DNA of 64,000 nucleotides from Bacteroidota bacterium (GTDB lineage Bacteria; Bacteroidota; Bacteroidia; Palsa-965): NCBI GenBank assembly GCA_013298545.1, contig JAAFIA010000010.1, positions 5,789 to 69,788 of the forward strand, read 5' to 3'. Shown piece by piece: positions 55,955 to 64,000 of this stretch (position 1 is its first letter; each line of letters starts with the position of its first letter). The notes under the pieces were generated by a model. It saw only the letters and a program-made list of their open reading frames with translations, ran no database searches and was not told where the DNA came from. The position numbers and the translations under genes were made by a program.

Positions 55955-56976
55955 AACACTTTTTGAAAGAGAGCATAGCGTTTCCAGACTTCACCGGAAA
56001 ATAATTCGGATAATTTTACAGAACGATTGCGTTCGTGCATAAACGCATGAATCACCGCATCGAATTGATGTTGCTTGGCATAACGTGTAGCAAAATTGCC
56101 CATCACTTGCGGCAAACCCCGATAGCCTGGTGCCGGATGGCGAGCAACAGTTTTGATAATCAATCGTTTTTCCGAGATCGAAAAATGATCGGCAAAACAA
56201 AAAATTAAGCCCACAATTTCACCGCTACTATTTTCTGCAATCAAGGTTGTCTCGTTGTGCATGTAGGTGTTTAATCCGGCATGCTTCTCAACGAAACGCG
56301 CTTCGCTAATTCCTGAATACAAGACATTGGCTTGAAATGTGTGTGTGCAAAATTGAAAAATACGCGGCAACTCAGTTGTGTAATTTTCTCCCGCAATGGT
56401 ACGCATCCGTATGCCTTGAGTGGCTAACGATTGCTCGCGCTCCAAAATTTCTGAAGCATCGCAAACGAGTTTTCGGTCGATTGTGGTAACGTAATTTTCG
56501 CGCACCTGAAATCCGTTTGCTTGCCATTGCTCCGAAAACCAAGTCATGCAAGGTTGCTCCGAGAAATAATCGGGCAAGGCATTTCCCAAACAAAAACGAT
56601 AGCTGTCCCAAGTAGTACCATTCATAGGGCCAAGTAGGTGCGTGCAATTCAGTTCTTTGGCAATTTCCTCGGCACGATTCAGCATCAATTGTGCAGCATC
56701 GAGATCGTTGATACAACAATAATTGCCAAGCATTAAATACCGTGTATCGTTTTGGTCTAATTCAAGATTGCGGTAAAGTGCCAATACGCCGACGGTTTGC
56801 GTTTCGTCAGTAAGTGCTAGAAAACGTATTTTATGTTCAGGGTGAATGGTATTTGAACTTTTGAAAATGGCCGCTTGTTGTGGCTGAAACACCCGATCAA
56901 TGCATTGCTTCGCATGAATCAGGAAATCGGCTTCTTGATCGCGCGAAAATTCGAGCAGGTTGTATTTCGTTTCCAT
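55951..56976 (-). CDS. Tandem GNAT-fold N-acyltransferase-like protein
   Basis: LLGPMNGTTWDSYRF; IKTVARHPAPGYRGL..MG; VIHAFMH. Confidence 0.7.
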   Translation of the reverse strand: METKYNLLEFSRDQEADFLIHAKQCIDRVFQPQQAAIFKSSNTIHPEHKIRFLALTDETQTVGVLALYRNLELDQNDTRYLMLGNYCCINDLDAAQLMLNRAEEIAKELNCTHLLGPMNGTTWDSYRFCLGNALPDYFSEQPCMTWFSEQWQANGFQVRENYVTTIDRKLVCDASEILEREQSLATQGIRMRTIAGENYTTELPRIFQFCTHTFQANVLYSGISEARFVEKHAGLNTYMHNETTLIAENSSGEIVGLIFCFADHFSISEKRLIIKTVARHPAPGYRGLPQVMGNFATRYAKQHQFDAVIHAFMHERNRSVKLSELFSGEVWKRYALFQKVL

Positions 56977-56979
56977 CGA

Positions 56980-57717
56980 CTAAGAATTTACGGGATAGTA
57001 AATGCAAATGATATGACTTTGAAATTCGTAAAGAGACGTAAATTCAATAATCATCCAAAGAATCAGTATCGCAATACCCGGAATGGTTAAGTTATCAAGG
57101 CCATTGATGCTGAGTGCTTCGGTGAGCGACGTGAGTATGCCAAGAATCAAGGCGATGATGATTGCTGAAGACAAAGCTGTTTTTGAAAGTAAAAGCAATA
57201 AGAGCAACGCAATTCCAGTCGCTGTGAGGGCAAATAAAATAGAACCCGTCATGGTTTTGTTGCTCTTGCCCGATTTGTATTTTCCCCAAGGCCAACGCTT
57301 GCCGCAAAGTGCCGCCACCGGATCGCAAATGGCCAGAATTAAAATCGGAATGTAATACAAGGCAAGTTGCGGGTCATTTTTTTGTGAGAGAAAACTGTAA
57401 AATAAAAACGTTCCATACACCGCAACCGGATACGAAATACTACCGTGCGATTTGCGGTCGATGGCATTGATGGATTTTAATAAATTGAATTTTAAACTTA
57501 AAATCAAAATCAAGGCAAACGAACTGCACAGCAATAAAACATACCAATGGTTGCTCAGAATAGGAAATAACAACGTGAGCAAGCCCGTGCCAATATGAAC
57601 CAGTTTGCGCGTGTACTCGGCTTGTATGTTGAATTTATGATACAGCAACTCGGCAAGTCCGAATAGTGCTAAAAAGCATCCACTCAACCAGAGGCAATTG
57701 AAGAGATCGTTGTTCAT
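56980..57717 (-). CDS. Phytol/dolichol kinase-like CTP-dependent membrane kinase
   Basis: EYTRKLVHIGTG, DPVAALCGKRW, NKTMTGS, LDNLTIP motifs. Confidence 0.85.
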   Translation of the reverse strand: MNNDLFNCLWLSGCFLALFGLAELLYHKFNIQAEYTRKLVHIGTGLLTLLFPILSNHWYVLLLCSSFALILILSLKFNLLKSINAIDRKSHGSISYPVAVYGTFLFYSFLSQKNDPQLALYYIPILILAICDPVAALCGKRWPWGKYKSGKSNKTMTGSILFALTATGIALLLLLLLSKTALSSAIIIALILGILTSLTEALSINGLDNLTIPGIAILILWMIIEFTSLYEFQSHIICIYYPVNS

Positions 57718-58796
57718 TTTTTTTCTTCCAATAGGAAACGGTGATAGAAAAAACCATTGTCCGTTTGTGTAAATTGTTCGGAACGTTCTTTATGCCAGTA
57801 AAATTTTTCGGGATTTAATGCAGCTAACGTTCGGGGCACCATCAAATTCCAGAAACCAAAACGTGCACCAGAACTCGCTTTATCTGCAAGTTTACTGGCT
57901 GTTTCGATGGCAATGGATTGTGGCATATATTCAAAGATATTGGATAAATTGAATGCTTGAAATACGCCATGCGCTTCTTCGGCATAGCCACAAATAAAAT
58001 GAATGCGTTTGATGTTTTGTTTGATGGTGTCGAAATTTTCTTTGCGCGCATAATGCGGCAAGCGTTCGCCAAACTGCCCCGTTAAAATGTGTTTGAGGTA
58101 AAGGTTTTTTTGAGCCGCAACCTGTTTCAAATGATTTTCTGCTTTGCCAAAAATATATTCCGATACTTTGACTTTCACTTCATTCATAAACTCGGGATCG
58201 CGTCCATAACGGCCCATCACAAAGCGACTGAAAAATATGCTGAAAAATAAACGCCAGCGCCAGTTGTTCCATGCTGTATTGTAAAATTCAATTTGCGCTG
58301 CTTCTGATTTTGGCGCAAATAATTCGGCAATTCGTTTTTTGCTGTGGATGAATGGCAGGAGCCGGCGGCGAAAGAATGCGAAGTATTTTTCAAATTTTCC
58401 TTGCAGAATAATTCCTTGTGCAACAATTTCTTTGTTTGCTTCCCACCATGTTCTGGATGTTTCGGGAAGGGCATTTTTTATTTTTTCAAAAAGCGTAAGC
58501 CGCTCGTTACTTTCCGAAAATCCAAGCAAGGCAAGAAATTCGGAATGGGTCAACAATTCAAACGCAGCTTTTTTCAATTCGCAGAGATGCAGTTGAATGG
58601 GGTTGACATCAACGGCAACAACTTCTTCTGGATTGGCGCAGAGCAAAGAGAACGAATTATCGCCCGCAGAGGCAATCGAGAGTACGCGATCGGTTGGTTT
58701 GATTTCAAGTGCTTGAATTAGCAAGTCAGCATCTTCCCAACAATTGGCATAACGGATCAATTGAAAATCGACGCGTTCGGTTAGTGTTTCGCTCAT
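57714..58796 (-). CDS. DUF3419/BtaA-like SAM-dependent 3-amino-3-carboxypropyl transferase
   Basis: YANCWEDA, VLSIASAGDN, VDVNPIQLHLCELK, LSNIFEYM. Confidence 0.85.
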   Translation of the reverse strand: MSETLTERVDFQLIRYANCWEDADLLIQALEIKPTDRVLSIASAGDNSFSLLCANPEEVVAVDVNPIQLHLCELKKAAFELLTHSEFLALLGFSESNERLTLFEKIKNALPETSRTWWEANKEIVAQGIILQGKFEKYFAFFRRRLLPFIHSKKRIAELFAPKSEAAQIEFYNTAWNNWRWRLFFSIFFSRFVMGRYGRDPEFMNEVKVKVSEYIFGKAENHLKQVAAQKNLYLKHILTGQFGERLPHYARKENFDTIKQNIKRIHFICGYAEEAHGVFQAFNLSNIFEYMPQSIAIETASKLADKASSGARFGFWNLMVPRTLAALNPEKFYWHKERSEQFTQTDNGFFYHRFLLEEKK

Positions 58797-61396
58797 GATG
58801 TAATTAGTTTTATTTCGCCACTACTTCCGTCCATTTCAACAAGATCGCCAGTTTTGACGCGTTGCAACAATCCGGTAATGCCAACAATGCACGGAATGCC
58901 CATCTCGCGCGAAACAATGGCGGAGTGCGAAAGCAAACTGCCGCGCTCGACGAGAATGGCCGATGCTGTTGGGAATAAGGTTACCCAGCCCGGATCGGTA
59001 CTTGCCGTTACTAAAATATCGCCCGCTAAATCATCCACCTCATGCGGGTTGTGTACGACACGAATACGTGCGCGGATGCGTCCGGGGCAACAGCCAATTC
59101 CTTTGAGATCGCCAGCAAGTGCCGCTTCGGTTTGCGGTGTGTATGCAAAATCATTGGCTTGATAAACGATTCCGCGCGTTGGAATGCGTTCTGCGGTATA
59201 GCGTTTTTCAAACTCGGTATATTCATTTTTTCTCAGCGTAATGGTTGTGCGCAAGTTGCGAGAGGGAGAAGTTCCTTGAATAAAATCAAACACTTCTTCT
59301 TTTTTCAACCAAAAAATATCGCGCGGATGATCGACTAGATCTTCGGCATAAAAGCGTTCGCCAAGTGCTAAGAAAATCCGGCGCACCATGCCAAATCCAC
59401 GTGTGCGGGCGAAGCGAAGATTTTCGCGGTTGCTTACCAAGTCGCGTGTTTTGCGCAAGGCGTAATTGAAAAATAATTTCTTGAATAATTTACCGCGCAA
59501 TTTTTCTTGAACAATTTGCTCGGCTGCAGATCGTAACTTTTGGTCGAGGTGCTGCTCGGCTTGTGTAAAGGAGTTTTGACGCAAATACGATTGCAAAACG
59601 CGCACCAGCAATTCGGGTTGTTGGCGATAGGTGATCGTTTCGAGCTTTAATTCGCCAACGGTGCGGTCGCCCCATTTTGAAATGTAAGCGTCCATTTCTG
59701 TTTTAATCGCACGGTATTTTTGATCGTCGAGCTTTGCCCAAATACCCACGCTCGCTTCTTCAAATAATTTTAACGCGTCTGGATTTTCACGAATGAGCAA
59801 AACCATTTTTTTACAACGCTGAACAGGTTCGGTACTGATGATGTCTTTTGCACCGCAGAGTAAATCGTTGTGGAGTGTTCCGTTTTCGTCTAGTTTGTAT
59901 TTGAGTGTTAGCTTTTGCAAGGTACCATACCAAATCATGGCAAAAAAATCATTGACGAGTGGCGCTTTCCATTTTTTCAAAAGCGTTTGTTCAAATTCCA
60001 TGTACAAGCGCATGAGTGTCCACGCATCACACGTATGGAAATTAATTTTTTCAAAGCGTTGCATGACGGCTTCAAAATCGGCTTCAAAATCGCGACGCAT
60101 TTTTGGAAGGCGACGCATATTTCCAATCATGATACCAATCATGTTGAGTATGCGCGTGCGTTCGCGGAATTTTGTACGCGGAACATAATCATGCAATTCA
60201 AAACGCTCTTTCACGCCCATCATTTTCTCCATAAATCCGGCATTGAGCGAATAGCCCGGAAGGAGAGAAAGTAATTTGTACCAACTTCTTAAATTATAAT
60301 ACACACGTCCATCCAGCAAGCCAAGCATGTTGGCATACGTGTTGGCATGTGCGTTGCGTTCTTTTTCAGAAATGCCCATCATGGATGAGAATTGCAGGTA
60401 AACAGCTTCGTACATGCACAAGATAAACGAAAACGTTAGCGGCGAACTTAATCCGGGATACGATTCAATGATGTTGCTGTTGTCCCAAACAACGTATTCG
60501 CCTTGCGGATCGGCAAGGCGATTGATGGTTGTAACGGGTCGCGCTTGTAAGAGATAAAATGTGTTTTGAGCAAATGCAAACTCAATATCGACAGGACGTT
60601 GATATAATTTTTGCAAGTGTTGTAAATCGCTTGCAAGTTTTAAAACCTGTTCGGTGTTGAGCGAAACAACCGCTTGGCGTGTTTGCTCTACATCCACCAA
60701 TTTTGTTCCAGTTTGCGAAGCTGTATCGAAACTGATGCGGTGTGTTTTTTGTGCAATTTGTTGCTCAACAATTTTTTGATCTTCAACGGTAAACGTGTCG
60801 GCATCCAGTTCGCCCGAAACTAATCCTTCACCTAAACCATAGACGGCGCTAATGACCTGTTGCTTGCGGTGGCCCGAGATGGGGTTGATGCTAAACGCAA
60901 CACCAGCAACATCGGCATCAATCATTTCTTGAATGATAACAGCAATTCCGGCAGGTGGTTCTAGTTTATTAAATTCGCGATACTGCTGCACACGTTCGCT
61001 CCATGCAGAAAGCCAAACCGCTTTGATGGCTTGTTCTAATTCGTTTGGCGAAACAAAAAGTTTGGTTTCAAATTGTCCGGCAAAAGAAAAATTCCCGCCA
61101 TCTTCATCGGTTGCCGAAGACCGAACGGCAAAGAATCGTGTTGTTGGAAAATGCGCAAGCATTTCTTCGCTCCACATTTCGGGAAACTGGACGGTTTCGA
61201 TACACGAGCGAATGGCGTTGTAATTTTTTTCGATCCGCAATTGCTGCGGAATAAAACGCAGGCTTTCTTCAACAGGAATCACTAGAAATTTGGGAACGCG
61301 AAAGCCATGCTGAATTAGCTGGAAGAGGCTTTGTGCCTTCCCGCCAATTTTTCCAACGGCTGTAGGTTCGGAATGATTGTCTTTGATGAGATTCAT
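58793..61396 (-). CDS. PEP synthase/rifampin-phosphotransferase-like dikinase (ATP-grasp, central domain, C-terminal phospho-His swivel domain)
   Basis: IGGKA, AVRSSATDED..SFAGQF, LLQARPVT, TDPGW...GSLLSHSAIVSREMGIP. Confidence 0.9.
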   Translation of the reverse strand: MNLIKDNHSEPTAVGKIGGKAQSLFQLIQHGFRVPKFLVIPVEESLRFIPQQLRIEKNYNAIRSCIETVQFPEMWSEEMLAHFPTTRFFAVRSSATDEDGGNFSFAGQFETKLFVSPNELEQAIKAVWLSAWSERVQQYREFNKLEPPAGIAVIIQEMIDADVAGVAFSINPISGHRKQQVISAVYGLGEGLVSGELDADTFTVEDQKIVEQQIAQKTHRISFDTASQTGTKLVDVEQTRQAVVSLNTEQVLKLASDLQHLQKLYQRPVDIEFAFAQNTFYLLQARPVTTINRLADPQGEYVVWDNSNIIESYPGLSSPLTFSFILCMYEAVYLQFSSMMGISEKERNAHANTYANMLGLLDGRVYYNLRSWYKLLSLLPGYSLNAGFMEKMMGVKERFELHDYVPRTKFRERTRILNMIGIMIGNMRRLPKMRRDFEADFEAVMQRFEKINFHTCDAWTLMRLYMEFEQTLLKKWKAPLVNDFFAMIWYGTLQKLTLKYKLDENGTLHNDLLCGAKDIISTEPVQRCKKMVLLIRENPDALKLFEEASVGIWAKLDDQKYRAIKTEMDAYISKWGDRTVGELKLETITYRQQPELLVRVLQSYLRQNSFTQAEQHLDQKLRSAAEQIVQEKLRGKLFKKLFFNYALRKTRDLVSNRENLRFARTRGFGMVRRIFLALGERFYAEDLVDHPRDIFWLKKEEVFDFIQGTSPSRNLRTTITLRKNEYTEFEKRYTAERIPTRGIVYQANDFAYTPQTEAALAGDLKGIGCCPGRIRARIRVVHNPHEVDDLAGDILVTASTDPGWVTLFPTASAILVERGSLLSHSAIVSREMGIPCIVGITGLLQRVKTGDLVEMDGSSGEIKLITS

Positions 61397-62331
61397 GCGC
61401 CAAGCAAATTAATCAACATGGGAACACCGCCAAGCGTCAGGTACATCAAAATTGTCCAAACAGCCGAAGCATATTCAATCAGTTTTGCGGTTTTCGTCGT
61501 TTCTTTTTTCAAAAAAAGAATCGCCGGAATGACGCATATTAAAAAACATCCGCCGAGAATCGCTGAACCCGTAGTGCCATATCCGGCAAACCAAGCGGCT
61601 GCAATGCTCCAACCAAATGTAATGATGAGAATACCGATCCAGAGGAATGTCGCTTTTTGCGTACCAAGCAAAGAAGAGTAGGTGAGTACGCCTGTTTTTT
61701 CTTGCTCTGGTGTTCGGATTTTTCGGCCAACTTCTAAAACAATGCCATTGAAATACGAGACCGCAAAAAAGAACGCCAATCCGATAGGCGCTTCAAATCC
61801 GCCAACGAGCCAATCTGTTCCGCTTGCGTATATGTCCACGAGTGGAATGATGAACATGTGCGAAACGACATACCAGAATTGGTGTTTCTTTAACCATTCT
61901 GCCACAAAAAATTCTTTTCCCATCAATGCCAAATACAACAACACAATCAAATGAATGATGAGCATTTTTGGGAATATCAGCAAGTTGACGACGACTTGCA
62001 AAAGAAATACGACAATTCCGATGTTGCGCAATTCGTTCAACGAAACCAGTCCACGTGGCACGGGCAATTCTTTGCGGTAAAGCGCATCGTCTTCGGCATC
62101 TTTGTGTTCGTCAAAAATTCTGACGAGTAGAAACAGTGTTATTGTTGTAAAAATAGCCGCAAAGAAATGTGTTAACGAAACAAATCCGTCAGCACCACGA
62201 CAAATTCGGGAATACGAAATGGCCGAAAAGCTGAACGCTGCAACAAGTGGAACGTGCCCGAATACAGGAAAACGTTCGCCTTGGTAAATCCAAAGGCGGC
62301 GTAAAAAAGATGATTGATTTTCGGCGTTCAT
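61393..62331 (-). CDS. UbiA-like prenyltransferase-family membrane protein
   Basis: RIFDEHKDAEDDALYRKELPVPRG Asp-rich motif; 8-9 TM helices. Confidence 0.8.
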   Translation of the reverse strand: MNAENQSSFLRRLWIYQGERFPVFGHVPLVAAFSFSAISYSRICRGADGFVSLTHFFAAIFTTITLFLLVRIFDEHKDAEDDALYRKELPVPRGLVSLNELRNIGIVVFLLQVVVNLLIFPKMLIIHLIVLLYLALMGKEFFVAEWLKKHQFWYVVSHMFIIPLVDIYASGTDWLVGGFEAPIGLAFFFAVSYFNGIVLEVGRKIRTPEQEKTGVLTYSSLLGTQKATFLWIGILIITFGWSIAAAWFAGYGTTGSAILGGCFLICVIPAILFLKKETTKTAKLIEYASAVWTILMYLTLGGVPMLINLLGA

Positions 62332-62342
62332 GGGGATTTATG

Positions 62343-63620
62343 TTAATGTTTGCGTCCTAATTTTTTATGTGCGCTTGCAAAATGTCCGGCAGATAAAGCT
62401 GCGGCGATTGAAATTTCTCCTGCGAGGGCCAATGCGCCACAAATTTCGGCGAAGCGTCGGGCGGTGTTTGGTCCTGCACAATTCATCAGTTTCAAACATT
62501 CTTGCTGCGTAGGCAGTCCGGTGCCACCGCCGACAGTTCCAACAATTAAATTGGGAAGTGTAACGCTGGTGTATAAATCACCATTGGCATTTATTTCCAT
62601 GCGCGTAATTCCGGTAGCGGCTTCGGCAACACAGGCAACATCTTGTCCGGTTGCTAGAAAGAGTGCTGTTAATCCATTGGCGACGTGTCCCTGCGCGCCA
62701 ATGGCTCCGCTTTGAATAACGCCCATAGTTGAGGCAAGCCAATAGTCGGCCATTTTTTCGGGTGTGGTACGCAATACGTTTTTTACAAGCTCGCGTGTGA
62801 TGACACATTCTGCGGCAACTTTTTTTCCACGCACCGTTGTAAACGAAAGGGTTGTTGCTTTTTTATCGCCGGAGTAGTTGCTTTCCACATACCACGTATT
62901 GGGTTTTACAGGAGCATGTTCGATCAAATACAAACAGATGGCGTTGGTACAAAGCGTTACCATGTTTTGTCCTGCGGCATCGCCTGTATGAAAAATAAAC
63001 GTGATGATGAGGTGATTGCCTTCGACATTTGCCCGAATATCGTCGAGCTTGGCGTAACGGCTTGTTTGACCAACAATTTCTTCAATTTTTTCGCGTTGCG
63101 CATATCCCCAAACTAAAAATTGAGCAAGCTGTCCCATATCGTCGAAACAAAAAACAGGACTGCGTTGTACACCTTCGACGAGGCAAACGGATGTAATGCC
63201 GCCGCTCAAGCGCGTGGCTTTTGCGCCACGGTGATACGATGCCACCAATGCGCCTTCGCTTGTGGCAAGGGGAACGTAAACGTCTTCTTCGATGGCTGTT
63301 CCTAAAACAAAGAGTGGCCCAATGATTCCTGTTGGCACTTGTGTCATGCCAATGAAATTTTCGATGTTGCCACGTAACGAAGCAATATCATCGAAACTTG
63401 TTTTTCCGGCAAGTGTTGGCAGTGTTTTTCCAGTATGTTCTTCTAAGTAGGCAAGTCGTTTATCTTTTCCTTCGGGCGATGCGAGGTCTTCGATGGGAAA
63501 TCCATCGCGCGGTGGAATGTTGATGCTTTTGTTACGCACGCGTTCAGAAAGTTTATCGATGCCTTTGAGCATATCGATTTGTTTGAGCGCTTTTTGCACA
63601 TTGTCTCCTGATGTTGACAT
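62343..63620 (-). CDS. Class I HMG-CoA reductase-like protein
   Basis: ENFIG, VPLATSEGALVAS, TGDAAGQNM, SGDKK, GQDVA, GTVGGGT, C-terminal His. Confidence 0.9.
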   Translation of the reverse strand: MSTSGDNVQKALKQIDMLKGIDKLSERVRNKSINIPPRDGFPIEDLASPEGKDKRLAYLEEHTGKTLPTLAGKTSFDDIASLRGNIENFIGMTQVPTGIIGPLFVLGTAIEEDVYVPLATSEGALVASYHRGAKATRLSGGITSVCLVEGVQRSPVFCFDDMGQLAQFLVWGYAQREKIEEIVGQTSRYAKLDDIRANVEGNHLIITFIFHTGDAAGQNMVTLCTNAICLYLIEHAPVKPNTWYVESNYSGDKKATTLSFTTVRGKKVAAECVITRELVKNVLRTTPEKMADYWLASTMGVIQSGAIGAQGHVANGLTALFLATGQDVACVAEAATGITRMEINANGDLYTSVTLPNLIVGTVGGGTGLPTQQECLKLMNCAGPNTARRFAEICGALALAGEISIAAALSAGHFASAHKKLGRKH

Positions 63621-63877
63621 AGTATTGGGTTTAATGATATGGCCAAAGGTAACGGAGAGTTTGATGGCGACAAATTGGTTTTCCGTGATCGGAGAAAAAG
63701 TTTTAAGGCATTGTGCGTTTTGTGGCCTGTGTTTTCAAGGCGAGTGCCTTTGTTTTGCAATTTTTGCAACGTTCAACGGGGCATTTGCGAAGTTTGCTGT
63801 ATTCGTAAGTAGCATGATGAATTATTGCCAAAGAAAAAAAAGGAAGATTGAAAATAAGAAAGTAATCTTGCACCATC

Positions 63878-64000
63878 ATGATGCGTCATTTGCCCAACAT
63901 ACTTTCTATTTCGCGCCTTGCAGCCTTGCCGGTTTTGGTTTGGGCACTTGTTTCTGGTGCGGAAAATGTATTTGTATGGTTGATTATCTGTTGTTTGATC
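63878..64000 (+). CDS. CDP-alcohol phosphatidyltransferase family protein, N-terminal fragment (runs off the window)
   Basis: MMRHLPNILSISRLAALPVLVWAL... matches the PNxL(T/S)xxR start of PgsA-like enzymes. Confidence 0.7.
   Translation, partial: MMRHLPNILSISRLAALPVLVWALVSGAENVFVWLIICCLI

Noticed and set aside
58793-61396. Rifampin phosphotransferase resistance gene
   Set aside because: It shares the domain order, but it is embedded in a biosynthetic operon with overlapping neighbours; substrate cannot be assigned from architecture alone.
1-64000. tRNA or rRNA genes
   Set aside because: No cloverleaf or rRNA-like segment was recognised by eye in the intergenic gaps.

Overview
Bacteroidota chromosome segment, judged from TAnnTTTG -7 promoter boxes, T9SS cargo proteins and a Bat operon. 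(1) Bases 1 to about 14,250 hold an accessory element that runs off the left edge. It contains about 15 co-oriented minus-strand genes: a GH73 peptidoglycan hydrolase missed by the ORF track, a catalytically degenerate serine-recombinase domain, four compact beta-rich proteins including a 236-aa candidate jelly-roll capsid protein, several membrane proteins, a LEA_2-like protein, and a transglutaminase-fold cysteine enzyme with a Lys-rich tail. Many of these proteins carry adenain-like (L/I/F)xGxG or LxG motifs, and four intergenic gaps hold inverted arrays of an 8-bp repeat. The control region has a leader terminator, a switch-like structured RNA, an unannotated 22-aa peptide gene divergent from a 517-aa helical/TPR regulator, and an HTH/alpha-CTD-like protein. 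I infer a tailless, probably membrane-containing provirus or a domesticated particle system; no integrase, terminase, portal, tail or packaging ATPase is visible in the window. (2) Bases 14.3-37.6 kb hold T9SS cargo genes (an S74-chaperone fibre, two NIDO-PKD proteins, three SprB-repeat paralogues of graded length), era and a MATE transporter. (3) Bases 37.7-45 kb hold moxR, DUF58 and batABCD. (4) Bases 45-53.7 kb hold truA, an ABC transporter and a small accessory block ending in a Fic gene preceded by a 70-bp-period palindromic array. (5) Bases 53.8-64 kb hold an eight-gene operon of unknown product (class I HMG-CoA reductase-like, UbiA-like, PEP-synthase-like, DUF3419/BtaA-like, phytol-kinase-like, GNAT, SRPBCC, acyl-AMP ligase), with a divergent CDP-alcohol phosphatidyltransferase. 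All family calls come from motif recognition by eye, not from database searches.
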